From NCBI RefSeq assembly GCF_006345805.1, contig NC_042997.1:93372001-93436000 (forward strand): 64,000 bases of DNA. Reading direction: 5' to 3'. This stretch comes from Octopus sinensis (taxonomy: Eukaryota). Every line of letters starts with the position of its first letter. Positions within the stretch are counted from its first letter, which is position 1. Shown piece by piece: positions 1-14,389 of the stretch. The position numbers and the translations under genes are program-made. Below the pieces are notes generated by a model. The model was not told the origin of the DNA, ran no database searches, and was given only the letters and a program-made list of their open reading frames with translations.

Positions 1-962
1 ACATTTCTAACATTTCATACACATGTACAAGTTCATACACATGTAGAAGTTCTTGGCTTTGGGTAAAAGAAAATACAGGAAGATCACTTATTTATGATTT
101 TATTAAACATATTCCCCTCTCAGATTTACAAACTTATTACTGCAGCCCTTCAATTTTACTAAACCTTGTAAAAAAAACTCGGAAGGTTGGGCCTCCAGCC
201 AGGCCTTTTGCAATACCCTTAAAGCCAGGAACTTTTCAGCACTCCTTTATATGTGAATATTCTCACACTACAATTTTATACTTGTTCTTATTAAAAAATA
301 GTTATAGTCAAAGAATTAATTAAAATTTAATTCATCTCATGTAAGTGAGACAGTTACTTAAAAATTCTTTATTTGATGTATCCGTCAGGGAGTTACCGAC
401 TCGAAGGAGTTCAGGAGAGTGCATACCTATTCTAGAACTTCAGTTTAGCACTACAGTTAATTGAAACATTCATCAATTACAAAGCACTTCTTCCATTCTC
501 CCTCTAGTGTCAGTGGACTGGTGAAAGAGTATTCGATGGGATGGCTCCTATTTTCAGCAAAAATTTTTTAAGCCTTGTCTGAAGCAGAAATGAAGTGTCC
601 ATAACCCCTTTTATGATTACTAAGATTAGTCAGAAGGGAAAAAGTTATCTTATGACTAGTGACCTGGTCCAAGAATATTTATTACAGATTAGATTCTACT
701 ACAGGCACCAAATTCCCAGGTTGATGGTGTTAACCTGAGCTTCAGGTTAAGTTTGCTACTCAAATAGTGAATATCACAGTGAATATCAAATGACTGTACT
801 ATGAACCTAACACAGTAGCAATTTTGGAGAATGAATCATCAACCTTTTTACCAATGCTTGATTTGGCTAACTCTGAACAACATAAGTTTCCAAAATAGAA
901 TATAAAACTTTTACTGAAAACCTTAGTTGAAACAACTTTATATATATTTCCTTTTATCTCTT

Positions 963-1366
963 AGTTGTGCAGGAGTGGCTGTGTGGTAAGTAGCTTGCTT
1001 ACCAACCACATGGTTCCGGGTTCAGTCCCACTGCATGGCACCTTGGGCAAGTGTCTTCTGCTATAGCCCTGGGTTGACCAATGCCTTGTGAGTGGATTTG
1101 GTAGACGGAAACTGAAAGAAGCCTGTCGTATATATGTATTTGTGTGTTTGTGTGTCTGTGTTTGGCCCCCTAGCATTGCTTGACAACCAATGCTGGTGTG
1201 TTTACGTCCCCGTCACTTAGCTGTTCGGCAAAAGAGACCGATAGAATAAGTACTGGGCTTACAAAGATTAAGTCCCGGGGTCAATTTGCTCGACTAAAGG
1301 CGGTGCTCCAGCATGGCCACAGTCAAATGACTGAAACAAGTAAAAGAATAAAAGAAAAAAAAAGTT
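963..1366 (+). mobile_element. tRNA-headed CORE-like SINE (abundant family; further copies near 9236-9735, 15325-15760, 45686-46420, 63538-63715, partial ones elsewhere)
   Basis: A/B-box-like head (TGGCTGTGTGGTAAG...GGGTTCAGTCCC), CCTTGGGCAAGT core, central (TA/TG)n, conserved GACTGAAACAAGTAAAAGA tail; at least five copies in the window. Confidence 0.75.
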
Positions 1367-1824
1367 AATCCCCATGGGAAAAAGTTATCATCAAATTAGA
1401 GATGGCAACTTGGCTGCTATAGCTGTTGTTGTTACTGTTTGACTGAAACCAGACTGTGGTTTGCTGTGTCTGAGGTGATGTGTTCCTGCCTCAAATGTCA
1501 GATACCAATTGAAATATGACTGTCTTTTACTATCTTCCATAATAACTATAGAAAAGTTGAGTCATGAAGTGGAAAAGTTAAGTTGTCACTTTTGATTAAT
1601 CAAATTAGACCAAACATTAAAATCGTTTGTTGAAAGGCTAATAGACAAACAAGAAATAAAAATATACCCTTGTGATTTTCAATACAATTTTACAACTACA
1701 TCAAGAATTCCAATCAGTGAACCACAGTTTACAACTTGAATCTAGCCAGAACTTCTGCTTTGCACGTATTATATTCTAATTATGATTTTATCCTTTCTTT
1801 CATTTCCTTTTATTTTTATTTTAG

Positions 1825-2037
1825 ATTGAAAAATTATTTGATGAAAATACTTGGAAAACAATTTGTAGTGACAAAAATATGTTCTATGAAATATTTGCTC
1901 CTGCCACTGTATCAATTGATGACATTGATGAAGTAAGAAAAGCTGTATGTGACACATTAATGAATGGCATTGATACTAAGAAATTACAGATGCAACTGAT
2001 GGGAAATATAGCTGGTTTAAAAGAGCTCATTGACACA
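1825..2037 (+). CDS. Repeat-protein gene, exon A1 (phase 0-0, 71 codons): IEKLFDENTWKTICSDKNMFYEIF...KAVCDTL...IAGLKELIDT
   Basis: Polypyrimidine tract + ttttag acceptor; gtaagg donor at 2038; open frame; W-x3-C...C motif shared with five other A exons. Confidence 0.88.
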
Positions 2038-2849
2038 GTAAGGTTCTCTGTGGAGTTTTTAGCAGTTTCCTTTTTTTCTTAATATTTAAATTATTTAAAT
2101 AATGAATGAATACTGAAATAAAGTAACAGTTAAATTATAAAATAGCAGCTAAATTAATCTATTCAGTTTATAGATGTTTAAATTCAATTTTAAACTTATC
2201 ATTTTTCTTAACAGCAAGAGAACTTAGTTATCTTATATTCTTCAACAATCATGTGCTTTTTAGATATTCCTTCGCCAGTCTGTTCTCTTCATCTCTACTT
2301 TCTTACCTACTCCTTCACACTCAACTGTTTTTCTTACCTATTTATTGTTCCACTTATAATTTTCCCACCTTTATCCCCTTTGTAATTTTTCCTCAACTTG
2401 AACCTGCTTTGATTGTCTTTATCCCACCTACTACACCTTTCTCTCTGCCATTTTCCCTATTTTTTCTGCTTCCACATATCTCTTTCTCCTTTACAACATT
2501 CACATCTCATTCAACTCTACTAAGCTCCAACCACCTGCACCCCACACAACTCACAACCCCATATGCCCATCTATTTACACAGATACTCTCCTTTATATGT
2601 ACACAACTCCTTGCCTCTTCCTCTCTCTTCACTCCTCCCCATAGAACTGCATTCCCACCTGGCTCCTAATCTTTTGTCTTCCTTCCTTTCCAGCAACCAT
2701 CCTTTTTTCCTTTTTTTTCTTTTTTGATGAAGGACTCTATATCCAAAAGACCCTTTCCCTTTTTCCTTTTTCTTTCCAAGCGTGAAACTAATAACACTTT
2801 TTCTGAAAACTTGTCCTTGTATTTTTTCTTGTTCTTGTTTATTCATCTC

Positions 2850-2990
2850 AGATTTAATTATCTGGATAAGACTTTTGATAGAGTCCCATACTCTGCAGTC
2901 CAGTGGATGCTAAAGAAGCTATACAAGGATGAATGCTTTGTGAGAAACATGCAAGTCATAGATATAAGTGATGTTAGCAGAGAAGTCAGT
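2850..2990 (+). mobile_element. Short RTE-like RT fragment
   Basis: Translation LDKTFDRVPYSAVQWMLKKL...CFVR resembles the RT domain motif DLEKAFDRVP..W.LRKL. Confidence 0.5.
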
Positions 2991-4059
2991 GAAAAAATTA
3001 ATAAACATATTCAAACCCACAAAGCAAGATGATTGTGTACTGATCAATATTCCTGATCACTAACACTGAGGTTCTCTCTTTGACTTGTGTTTATTCTCAA
3101 TGCAAGTTATGTGTACAGAAAAGTCATGCTAATGGAGAACTAGAATTTTGGATATAATAGATACCCAAGAGTGTTTAGCAGTAAAGGCACTCATTAAATG
3201 AAGTCTTATTTCTACTCAGATGGATTACTGGAAGTAATTGATAATTTCTGTTTACGTCCCAGCTCAATCCAGTGGGGGTTAGACTGAGGGGACAGTAGAA
3301 GGCCGGGTGGTATGACAATTTTCCTGTTCCATGGTGGTAAAGTCTCTTATCTAGGATTCCACATACTGTGACACCTTCTCCAGCTATCAACCCAGGATCT
3401 GCTGCTCAACAGGCTGAAAAAAAACTGCCAAGGTATTCGTCACTCTCTGACAGGTTCATAGTCGAGCCTGTGGCATTTGAGACCTCCGCTCACTGCTATT
3501 GGGGCAGAGATTGATGTGCAAGCCCCATGAGTCAGAATGGTTGTTCCAGTGCATCTCCTTCCTTATCCTCTGTGGCAACACCTTTCCCTTTTTATCTGCT
3601 GGGACCATGAGAAATATTCCTATATTGTGAGAGGCAAGATTCTCCATTTAAATAAGCTTCAATTAACTATAAGCATTACTCAAAATCACAAGTTCTTCAG
3701 TCAATATTTCTCATTATGACACTATCATGAATAATGTTTTTAACCTTTACTGTAAACTCCTTATTTTTATCATAATTCCTAGTAAATAGATTTTGGTAAT
3801 ATAATATATCTGCAGACATGTAGGATAAAAAAAAAATATGGAAAGAAGTGGTAAAATCAAATTTCAGTATGCTTGAATTCATTGGTGGGAAAGGCTACAA
3901 ATAAGTACAGCAGTTTGTATTATTATGTACAAGAACAATGAGGATGGTGATAATGGTAGTCAGGAAGAAGTTAAGGATTATGATTATATGAATGTGGGAT
4001 AATTTTACAAAGGAAAAAGTCAACAAAGAAAGATTAATTCTCACTGTTTTTAATTCCAG

Positions 4060-4286
4060 ATTACAAGTGCCAGTAGAAATAATTCTGATTTGATGCCAAC
4101 TGAATTTCAAAGCTTTACCTATGAAATTGAACATCTACAGGAATTATTGGAATCTCTCACTAGCAAAAGACTAGATGTCCTTATTGGTGGCGATAATCAA
4201 TGGTTCACAGAAGAAAAATACAAAGACATCTTCCAAAAATTTGAAAAAGAGTGGAATTTTGCCAACACAAATATTTTGAAGGCTAG
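4060..4286 (+). CDS. Exon B1 (phase 0-2): ITSASRNNSDLMPTEFQ...NILKA(R)
   Basis: ttccag acceptor, gtaat donor at 4287, 227 nt, in frame with A1 and C1. Confidence 0.88.
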
Positions 4287-4807
4287 GTAATATTTGGATA
4301 TATATATTCGAATATTTATGAGTTGTTTTAGTGATAGAATGGTTGAGATAAAGCAAAGTATAAACCTCATCTTTTGTGTTATTTTTAGAATTGTTTTCAG
4401 TTGATTTTTCTCCAGTTTGTAAATACAAATTGAAAAAAGTTTTAGATATAAAATTATGGAATCTAACAATGTTATATACAATATTAAATAAACTTCGGTA
4501 AATATAATTATTATTAAATATATTTTGTCCTTGCTATAAAATAATTTCAGAGCTGTTCACCATGGTAATAAAAAATTTATGAATGAACAGCATGTAATAT
4601 CAAAGTAATAAGACAATGTTGGTATTAAACAAAGTTAAATTTTTCTAATATAAATATGTATTAATCTGTCAGCAGTTATGTTTGTGTACCTTCAAGTTGG
4701 GATCAGGTCCATTTTATATATGTTCATATACAATGATAGAATAACAGAATGGAAATTAAAATAGAAATTAAATAAAATCAAAATTAACTGAATTGTTTTT
4801 TTTCCAG

Positions 4808-4947
4808 ATCTATGATGTTGGAAAATTACTTGACTGTCATTCTTAATTCAAATATTTCTGATGCCAATCTGTTAATAATTAAAACCAATCTTTATCAACA
4901 ACTGGCAATCATGAAATTTATCAACACCAGACTAGAACAATTAACAA
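4808..4947 (+). CDS. Exon C1 (phase 2-1): SMMLENYLTVILNSNISDANLLIIKTNLYQTLAIMKFINTRLEQLT
   Basis: ttttccag acceptor, gtaag donor, 140 nt; too short for the ORF track; 3' motif (K/E)F(I/L/V)..(N/H/R)(L/I) shared with the other C exons. Confidence 0.87.
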
Positions 4948-5753
4948 GTAAGAAACGTTAAAAATTGACTTAATGTTTACTGTGAGAGAAATTAGATGAG
5001 GAAAATGAATCTGGAGTATATAAATAAAATAAAATTGTTTCTTCATGTCATAATATTCAACTAATACATATAGAAACTACAAGGTTTGTGATTTATGGAA
5101 TATGGAAGAAATGAGGTATTGTAGTGTGTATGCATTTTTTAAAGGTGTTAGTGATACAATAGATATGAAATCATAACAACATAGAGTTGAAACATGTCCA
5201 GTAAAAGCAATGCTAAATTTACCATGAGTGGTAAGTTGACTTACCCTTTCATCTTTCCAAAATCAATTAAATATGTCCAGTCGGTTATTGTGGATACAGT
5301 CCCCAAGAAGTAGGATTGATTTAATTTATTACACTTATAAGATGGAGTCCCTGCATGACCACAATCCTATGACAGTAACCAGTAAAATATTTTCTCAAAA
5401 ACTAAATGTCATCTATTTTAGTAATAAAGATAGACTGTGAAACTAAAGCTTTAGAGAATGAGGATCTTTCTTCTGAATGTTCAGTTTTTCTTCACACTAA
5501 CCAACATAACTAATATTTTACTCTTTAATAAATAATTGACATAGTGTCAGATGTGAAATTGTGTCAGATGGAGAGAATGTTTTTATTTCAAGCAAGCAAA
5601 GAAAATCTTATTTAACTTTGGAATAAAAGATGCGCAAAAGAGTGATGAGAGATGTGATAGAAAAGAATAACAAATAAAATTCAAAACACATTTATAGATT
5701 CCTAATTTTTTCTGCATAATAATTCTTTTTTTCTGTGTTGTTTTGTTGTATAG

Positions 5754-5887
5754 AAAATGGCAAATTTGATCCTCAAATGTACATTGATGAACCATTGCTA
5801 AAAGCATTAGAACTGTTTGAAAAGAATTCATTGAATATTGAAAGCCTTTTTGACATACTTCTTGAGTTAGTAAGAAACCCTCTGAAG
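5754..5887 (+). CDS. Exon D1 (phase 1-0): NGKFDPQMYIDEPLLKALELF...LLELVRNPLK
   Basis: tatag acceptor, gtaact donor, 134 nt; ends in the (N/D/R)P-x-x motif common to all D exons. Confidence 0.88.
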
Positions 5888-6260
5888 GTAACTAATGTTA
5901 ATGTATTATTTATTATCATGTTTAATTATTCAACAGAAAACTGTTTGGCATATCAAAAGGTTTATTATTATTCTGCACTAATTAGAGCTAATTTAATATT
6001 TAAATACTAGATTCATTTTACTAGGCTATTTTTTATTAATAATTTGGAATACCATCAATGCTCTGATTTGATACTTACATTTCGTTTTGTTTTTTTATGG
6101 AAAGACATTTATGAGAAATAAATAAATCTCCCAAGATAGGACTCTAACTTACGAGAGGCAATCTCCTCAGATAGCCTGGTATAAACTATTCCTCCCACAA
6201 ACATATAAAACACCTTGAGCTAATTGCTCAGAGGTCTGAACTCTTAGCCTAATATAGAAA

Positions 6261-6565
6261 TCTTTATATATAAAACTGAAGTTGTGTGTGTGTCTGTCTA
6301 CTCCGATTTAGATTCCTAACTACATCCACATTTTGCGATGCAGTTTAACCAAAAGCGGATATCTTATAGTCGTGATTTATATCGAGCCCTTCTAGGTATT
6401 AACGTGCATCTACGATGAGTCTACGATTTAAAAAATAATTTACCATCATTTTTCCGCATTTTTAATGCATTTTTTGCTCGGTTTATATAAGGGAAGTAAC
6501 TCTCTAAAAATGCTTATATAGTTATTTCCCTTACAAACCCGAGCAACGCCGGGCGATACTGCTAG
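6261..6565 (+). mobile_element. Non-autonomous Helitron
   Basis: A|TC 5' end, (GT)/(GTCT) tract, subterminal CCCGAGCAACGCCGGG hairpin, CTAG|T 3' end. Confidence 0.8.
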
Positions 6566-6793
6566 TTTATAATAGAGAAGAACAGGTCATTAAATTGACC
6601 AGAGTGTTCTTTTATCCACTTATATTGATTTAATATCCATTTTTACCATGCTAGCATCGCTTTTGACAGAGATTTATATGAGGCTGGATTTTATGGAGGG
6701 GGACACTTTTCCTGTCACCAACTCTCATCCATCTTTTAAATTTTTCAACATAAATAACATATATATAGACAGATAGATAGCTAGATAGATAGC

Positions 6794-6859
<66 letters not shown>

Positions 6860-7767
6860 GTGATTGATTCCTGCAGATTCTCTCTACCAGTTCTCTTGCA
6901 TGGCATTGGCTAACTTGGATCTATAGAAGAAGACAGTTACCCAAGGTGCCACACAGTGGAATTGAAACCAAACCCATGAAGTTACAAGACAAAACTACTT
7001 AGCCACAGCCATACCTGTGTTAATTTTCAATGAAGTCCAAGATCTGGCTGGATCAACACTTCATCTTATCCAATAGCATTAAAGGAACAGATAGAATTAC
7101 ATACATACATGCATACATACATACATACATACATACATACATACATACTACATACATACATACACATACATACATACATACATATAAAATACATATATTT
7201 TATAATTTTTATGTGAGAAGTGCTATGACTTTTACATGGCTTGCAAGGCTGATGATATTAATACCGAGTTTAAATAACAGCCTGTCAGTGCCTATCACAA
7301 AATCATGATCTAAGTGCTGATCATGAATAAAAGGACAGTTTATTATAATTCACTTTCTAATAGGTGAAACTATCCAGCACTCCTCAGTTTCACTCTGTTC
7401 CTACAACTTATAGGCAGTGAATAATACTGCTTTCTACTGCTTTATTTATTTATTTATTTATTTACTTATTTATTAGAGCTAGATGGATGGGTCAGTCAGC
7501 AAGAGGCATAATACATTGTCATTGGTTATATATATATTTACTACAAATCTCTCAACTAGTTGTCCATTATCCTATCAACGTTGTCATTTACACATCATTT
7601 AATTCAATTAATTCAAATTTTGAACTTTAAAATATTTTAAACATTACCATGTTTTTATCAGCAAAATCTTTGAATTTGTTGTTTTAATTTCTTTACTGTT
7701 TGACTGATAATTTCATTATTGTACTCTGATCAATGTTTTATGAGTACTTTTCTCTCCTTAAATTCAG

Positions 7768-7977
7768 GTGAAAGAATTAATGAAAGTAAACGATTGGGAA
7801 GATTTCTGTAAAAATCCTGGATCACTTTCTCAAATGTTCAATTCATCATCACCTAAGACAAATATAACACGCATTCTGAAACTACTGTGTGACAATGAAC
7901 TTGTGAAACTCAATGTTCCAAAACAAATCTTAAGCCTTATAAGTAGTCTTGATGGATTTGAAGATTTACTAGATGAT
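7768..7977 (+). CDS. Exon A2 (phase 0-0): VKELMKVNDWEDFCKNPG...LLCDNEL...LDGFEDLLDD
   Basis: ttcag acceptor, gtaagt donor, 210 nt, W-x3-C-x26-C. Confidence 0.9.
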
Positions 7978-8002
7978 GTAAGTTGAATTTTCCATATTTT
8001 GT

Positions 8003-8232
8003 AATAATAGTAATAATAATAATAATAATAATAACAGTAATGATGAGGTGGTGGTGGTGGTGGTGGTGGTGGTGGTGGCTGCAGTGCCAGTAGCGAAGGT
8101 AGCAGGGCAGTGGTGACAGCAGCCAAAGTGGCAGCAGTGATGGCAGCAGTGGCAGAAGTAGCTGCAGTGGCAGCAATGGCAGAAGCAGTGGTAGTGGCAG
8201 CAGTAACAGTAGTGGCGATGGTGACAGCAATA
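8003..8232. repeat. (TAA)n-(GGT)n-(GCA/GTG) low-complexity tract just 3' of exon A2
   Basis: Direct reading; it accounts for several spurious ORFs. Confidence 0.85.
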
Positions 8233-9380
8233 ATCTCTTTTCTGTGCTGCAGAGGACATTACAAAGACAAATTGCATAGTGTAGAAGTTTACTAAAAAAT
8301 CAAAAGAGGAGAAAAGAATGAAATGAGATTTAAAAAAATATACATAGCATACAAATAAATAATAATGATATGGTCGTCCAACTAGGGCTAATGAAGGAAC
8401 CCTACAGAGCCATGATCACACTGACCACTAAGGACAAGTGCCCTTTCTTAACTGGCATTTCCTAACTAACAGATGCATGCTAAGAGTAGATTCATTGACT
8501 CCTCCTGTTTTCTATACTGTTATCCATATTTAAAAAAGTTTCCTGGAGAACATGTTTCTCTCCCAACCTTCATTTTCCTTCTAAGTAGAGCTTGAAAAAG
8601 TCAGTGAGAGCTTAACCAAAGAGAATAGTCTTTCTTCAAGATTTTCAGTCTCATCCACTATACAACTTCTTTTGCATAGCCTCCACATTATAGACTTGGT
8701 TGATAACCAGATTCATCCTATGTATGACAATAGTCAGTAATACCTGTTCATTAAAAAAGTGGGAGCAGAGAAGATTGCAAAATGCAACAAAAATTTTAGG
8801 AAAACAGATAAGTAAATGAGTGGAAATTTTACTGGTGAGTATGTTAAATTATAAGGCACTAAAAGAAAATGACTCTTCCCAAACACAACAGAATATGCTT
8901 CAACGCACAAACTCACATAAAGAATCTTGCAAACCAAATCCCAAAACGAAATATGCACACACACACACATATATATATATCGTAGAAAAGCCAGCAGCTG
9001 CAGTGTTTTTCCAGGAAAAGACCTCTTTATAGATGTATTTAGTTAAAAGCACAATCTACTTTGAGACTAACTGAAACAGAATTACCCTCGGATTCTCCCC
9101 AAACAAACATTGCAGCTACTGGCTTTTCTGTGATATATACATGAAAATCACACCAATTGACTAAATTTGAAATCAGTGTATAAACTCAAGATTAAATACA
9201 ATAATAGATTATTCCAATAATTTGCTGTATCTAACATTGGCTGTGTGGTAAGAAGCTTGCTTCCCTACCACATAGTTCCAGGTTCAGTCCAAGTGCATGG
9301 CACTTTGGGCAAGTGTCTTTTACTATAGCCTCAGACTGACCAAAGTAGATTTAGAAGAGGAAACTGAAAGAAGCCCATTG

Positions 9381-9545
<165 letters not shown>

Positions 9546-9838
9546 ATATTCATGTGTGTCTGAGTTTGCTCCCCACTATCACCTGACAACTGATGCTGAT
9601 GTTTTACATCCCTGTAACTTAGCAGTTCAGCTAAAGAGACCCATAGAATAAGTACTAGGGTTGATTTCTTTAACTAAAAATCCTTTAAAGTGGTGCTCCA
9701 GCATGGCCACAGTTATATGACTGAAACAAGTAAAAAAATATATGAATAAAAGAATTTACAGTCATAAACACCAACGACATATCACTGTAAGAAAGATACT
9801 CTGTCTTATTTTGAATTTTTAAAATTTTTTCTTTACAG

Positions 9839-10059
9839 TTTAACAGATCAATGGTAGTCAAGGATCCTTCAAAACTGGCCATAAATGTATCAGCTGTTGT
9901 AAAAGAAATTGAGCACTTTGAAAATTTATTGATGTTGTTATCCCTCCCGAAAGAACTCAACACCACATTACCTGACAAAATGGAAATAGTTTACTATAAA
10001 ATGATAAATGTACTGACAAAAAAGCTGAAAGAAATGCAAAACATCTTGAGTGCAGATGG
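9839..10059 (+). CDS. Exon B2 (phase 0-2): FNRSMVVKDPSKLAINVSAVVKEIEHFENLL...ILSAD(G)
   Basis: tttacag acceptor, gtaagg donor, 221 nt; EIEH motif shared with B1. Confidence 0.88.
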
Positions 10060-11158
10060 GTAAGGAATTCATTGAATATTTGTTACATAATCAGTTTAAA
10101 ACTGACTTAAGATATTAAGATGAAAAGTAATGTAGGAGTTTGAACATAGGTAAGCTGTAAATGTTTGTTCCTTCTCGAGCCATGCCTGGCTCATTAGGGC
10201 CGGTTTCCTGGTTTCTTTGGCATATAGGTTCCCCACCTGGATGGGATGCCGGTCCGTTGCAGGTGAGCCACAAGATGCAGGAGGAAAGAGTGAGAGAAAG
10301 TTGTGGCAAAAGAGTCAGCAGAAGTTCGTCATTACCTTCCGGAGCCATGTGGAGCTTAGGTTTTTCGCTCATAAGCACACACATTGCCCGGTCTGAGACT
10401 CGAAGCTCCAATCCCTCAACCACGAGTCCACTGCTGTAACCACTAGGTGGTGTGCCTCCACAAGCTGTAAATGCAATGAGTTGAGAAAAGTGGGGCTCTA
10501 TGTTTATAGTATGTTAGACTAGGAGTCAAAATGTTGATAGTTCTTATCCTATCTCCAAATAAATGAGAACACTTGATTTATTATGTTTCTCAGTGTGCTT
10601 GTACATATAAGCATAAGAATGCATGTGTGTGTGTGTGTGTGTGCATCTTACTATATCATTCAGTTCATCTCACTGCTTCGCTTATATATCCAAGTGGAAA
10701 ATTTCAAGAAACACTGGCAGTTAATTTAATGGTCCAGTTTCATATGCATAGGTGCAGGAATATCTGTGTGGTGAGAAGTTTGCTTCCATACTTCGTGATT
10801 TCAATTTCAGTATTTCATTCACACTGTGTGGTATCTTGGGAAAATGTTGTATACTATAGCCCGTGGGTGGTTAAAGCCTTATGAGTGAATTTAGAAGATG
10901 GAAACCAAAAAAGTTGTAGTATATACATAGAAACACACAAAAGCCGTTCGATTCACTTCAACATGTAAGTTTAATTTGTCAAAATATTTTCGTCACTATA
11001 AGACCGCGACCTGTGACAAATTAAACTTAAACGTTGAAGTGAATAGAACAGCTTTTGTGTGTTTCTTAAATGGCTTACAAACACCTTCCACGCTGCAATT
11101 GTTTTTGTTCCAGCACACGATCTCAGATCAAATCACTTGCTATGCAAGTACATCTCCG

Positions 11159-11194
<36 letters not shown>

Positions 11195-11197
<3 letters not shown>

Positions 11198-11845
11198 GAA
11201 TAAAAAGTTTTGAATGGTACAACAATGCACTATAATACATAAAATGGACTATATACATGTTGTAATTTAGTTATCCATAGTCCGATGATATTTCGGAATA
11301 AAATTCCTTCTTCAGATATTCTTTGATGGAGTCGTTGCTATAATCGGTTTTCCAACAGCTTTTCTTTTTTCAGAAGTGTCTCAGCTGTGGTCTCAAGAAG
11401 GTTCTTCCGGGATTCCTCATGAGAAGTGCGTGAGGTTGGCTATGTCTCAATCTCGTGTGTGTTGGTACATCTGTAGTGCTGCTTCTAAATTATGTATTAT
11501 ACATGCAGCTTCTTCTTTTTCCCTTTCTTTTTTTTCTCTTCTTGACAGAAGAGGGAAAGAAAGAAGCTGCACGTATAATACATAACTTAGAAGCAGTGCT
11601 ACGGATGTACCAGCACACTCGAGATTGAGACATAGCCAACCTCACACTTCTCATAAGGAATTCCGGAATGACCTTCATGTGATCACTGCTGAGACACTTC
11701 CAAAAAAAGAAAAACCATTGGAAAACTGATTATAGCAGTGACTTCATCTAAGAATAACTGAAGAAGGAATTTTATTCCGAAATATCAGACTATGGATAAC
11801 TAAATTTCAACATGTATAACCATTCAAAACTTTTTATTCGTTACA
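11195..11845. repeat. About 650-bp fold-back element with hammerhead-like core
   Basis: About 320-bp inverted arms; CTGAAGA-A-GGAAT-TTT-ATTCC-GAAA at 11758-11782 and its mirror at about 11291-11315. Confidence 0.85.
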
Positions 11846-12136
11846 AACCATACAAAATGCTTCAAGCGAACTACAATATTCTCATATATATATATATATT
11901 ATATATATATATATACATACATACATATATATGTATGCATATATATTCTTTTATTCTTTTTTCTTTTACTTGTTTAAGTCATTTGGCTGTGGCTATGCTG
12001 TAACTTAGCGGTTCGGCAAGAAAACCCCAATAGAATAAGTACTAGGCTTACAAAGAATAAGTCCTGGGATCGATTTGTTTGGCTAAAGGCGGTGCTCCAG
12101 CATGGGTGCAGTCAAATTATTGAAACAAATAAAAGA

Positions 12137-12195
<59 letters not shown>

Positions 12196-13061
12196 CTAAA
12201 AAAGGCCCTCAATGTTTGTTTTTTTTGTCCTGTTTTTATTCTTTATGTGTACTGTATTTTTTTTATATTTGTATTTTTATTTTGTATTCGTATTTTTATT
12301 TGTATTTTTATTTGTATTGCTTTTACGTCCTGTTCTTGTCACATTTTTTTCTTTCCTTGTTTTTACCCCTCTGCAAGGGAATTTTATTTAATTCCCTCGC
12401 AGGAAGGATCGGTCCGACGAGTGTGTCCTGTCCTTACCCTCGAAACATGCATGGAGTCGAACCGGGGACAGCTGATGAAGGGGAATGTTCCTTGTGTTGT
12501 TTGTCCTGTGTTCTGTTTTTTCGTTGTTAAAAAAAGTCCGTTCCCTTGTTTTTATGTTTTCGTTTCTCGTTGAGTTCTACGTCTATTTGTGGTATCCTGT
12601 ACTCACATATATATATTTATATATGCATGTATATATACATGTAGATGTAGGTACGTACATATATGTATGTATGCATATATTTTATTTATTACATTATATA
12701 TATATATATTATTCAATAAACACAATACATACACAATAATAGACACAATGCAAGCACAAACCACATGTGATATGATAGGTGGTTTGTGCCTGATGAATAT
12801 GTTTGAGATATTTCTGGACACATAAAAACATGTATTTCGTCTATTAGATAATATTTGTCTCTCACCAGATAGATTACTTTTTTGTTGATTTTACCATCAT
12901 GGAACAGTTCATTAAATATATATATATATATCACAGTTAATTTATTATTTCTATTCCTCTTGAGCTACCTAAGTACCTGTACCTCTGTTTTCTCTCTCTC
13001 CTCAGCCTCTCTCGTTTTTCTCTCTAACTCAATTTCTCTATCTCTCTCTCTCTCTTTTCAG

Positions 13062-13219
13062 ACCTTTCCCAGGATATGATTCTATTGATGATATTTTGGA
13101 CTTGGGGTACAGTTCCCTCCCATTTTCAATCAAGCAAAGTCTATTTTTACAATCTACCTCTCTAAATAGAACTCAGATTGTTTTTAAATTTCTTGTTTCC
13201 CAGATTCAAGCAATTGATG
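13062..13219 (+). CDS. Exon C2 (phase 2-1): PFPGYDSIDDILDLG...QIVFKFLVSQIQAID
   Basis: Long CT tract + ttttcag acceptor, gtaagt donor, 158 nt, phase-compatible with B2 and D2. Confidence 0.85.
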
Positions 13220-14389
13220 GTAAGTTTAATGCTCATTTTTTTATGAAAGGATTTTTTTTTCATTTGGTTGGAAATAAGGCCTTTTTTTTTTAACTAAAGA
13301 GTATAGTCAATTCAGTTAATCTCAGAATCATCATCATCGTCATCATTGTTTAACATCTGTTTCCCATGCTGACATGAGTTGGATGGTTTGAGAGAAGCTG
13401 GCCAGCTGGGTAGCTGTCCAGAGTCTAATTGTATGTTGTAGTATGGTTTCTATGGCTGAATTCCCTTCCTAATGCCAGAATATAACTATATATTGTATTG
13501 ACATTAGATGGATGAGAACAAATATTTACTATGGTAATATTTAAATATGGAGGCATGTGACTTACTGGATAGGGTGTTGTGTTTATTATGATTGGATCCT
13601 GGTTTTAATTCCTAGACCAGGTGATGGATTTTGTTCTTGAGCAAAACACTTCATTTCATGTTGTTTCAGCCCACTCAGCTAGCAAAAATGAATAACCCTG
13701 TGCCAGACCATCAAAGAAGAATATATATGCCAAAGAATTTGGGAAACTGACCTTATGAGATTATGGCTTGAGAATGGACCTTTGAGCTTTTTGTTTTTTG
13801 ATATTTAAACACAAGCTAAATAGTGTAAGGCAGTGTTTCCTAAATCAAATTCCTTAAAAGTTCCTTTGGCTAAACACAATGATAGGTTTCATGCAAAAGT
13901 CCTGGAGTTCTATGAGATCTTTCTTTTAATCTTTTACCAACAAGCCATGGGAGTTGAACCCACATCTCACAAGACTCCAGCTGAGTGTTTTACCATTAAT
14001 CTAAACTGCCTATTGTCAACAACCTCTACTAATTTTAAGTGCTAAATAGATAGCTTTTAGAAATGTAACAACCATTTGTTTTAGAAGTGTCAAATGTATA
14101 TCATATGATGCAGACAAGAAAGTAATATTTTAAATGCCGTATCACCATTAAAACAGCAGAAAAATTGAGTATTATTACTCTTACAAGGCAGGAAAAAAAG
14201 CACTGCGCTGGTGTCTTGGGGGATGTAAGTTCAGCTCCCATGGTTGTTTGTTGACAATTTTGACTGCCTCATAAGGGTGATAATACTCAATTTTTCTGCT
14301 ATTTTATCAGTGGTATTACTTTCAAACTATCATTTTCTTATCTGTATCATATGATACATATTTAATGCTTCTAAAAGCAAATGTAAGTT

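Noticed and set aside
963-1040. tRNA-like sequences at SINE heads
   Set aside because: No complete cloverleaf; they continue into multi-copy SINE bodies, so they are not tRNA genes.
2253-2846. 138-aa and 91-aa ORFs in a pyrimidine-rich tract
   Set aside because: Compositional bias (CT-rich), with no motif and no fit to the exon phase series.
7830-8295. Poly-P/H/T/Ala-Val ORFs
   Set aside because: They are translations of a (TAA)(GGT)(GCA) low-complexity intronic tract; no phase-compatible splice sites are needed because A2 joins B2 directly.
8975-9140. Short inverted repeat (about 40-bp arms)
   Set aside because: A real inverted repeat, but with no ribozyme core or diagnostic TSD; probably an unclassified MITE-like remnant.
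12430-12550. CGAAAC and CTGATGA motifs suggesting another hammerhead
   Set aside because: The motifs are in permuted order and I could not form convincing stems I and III.
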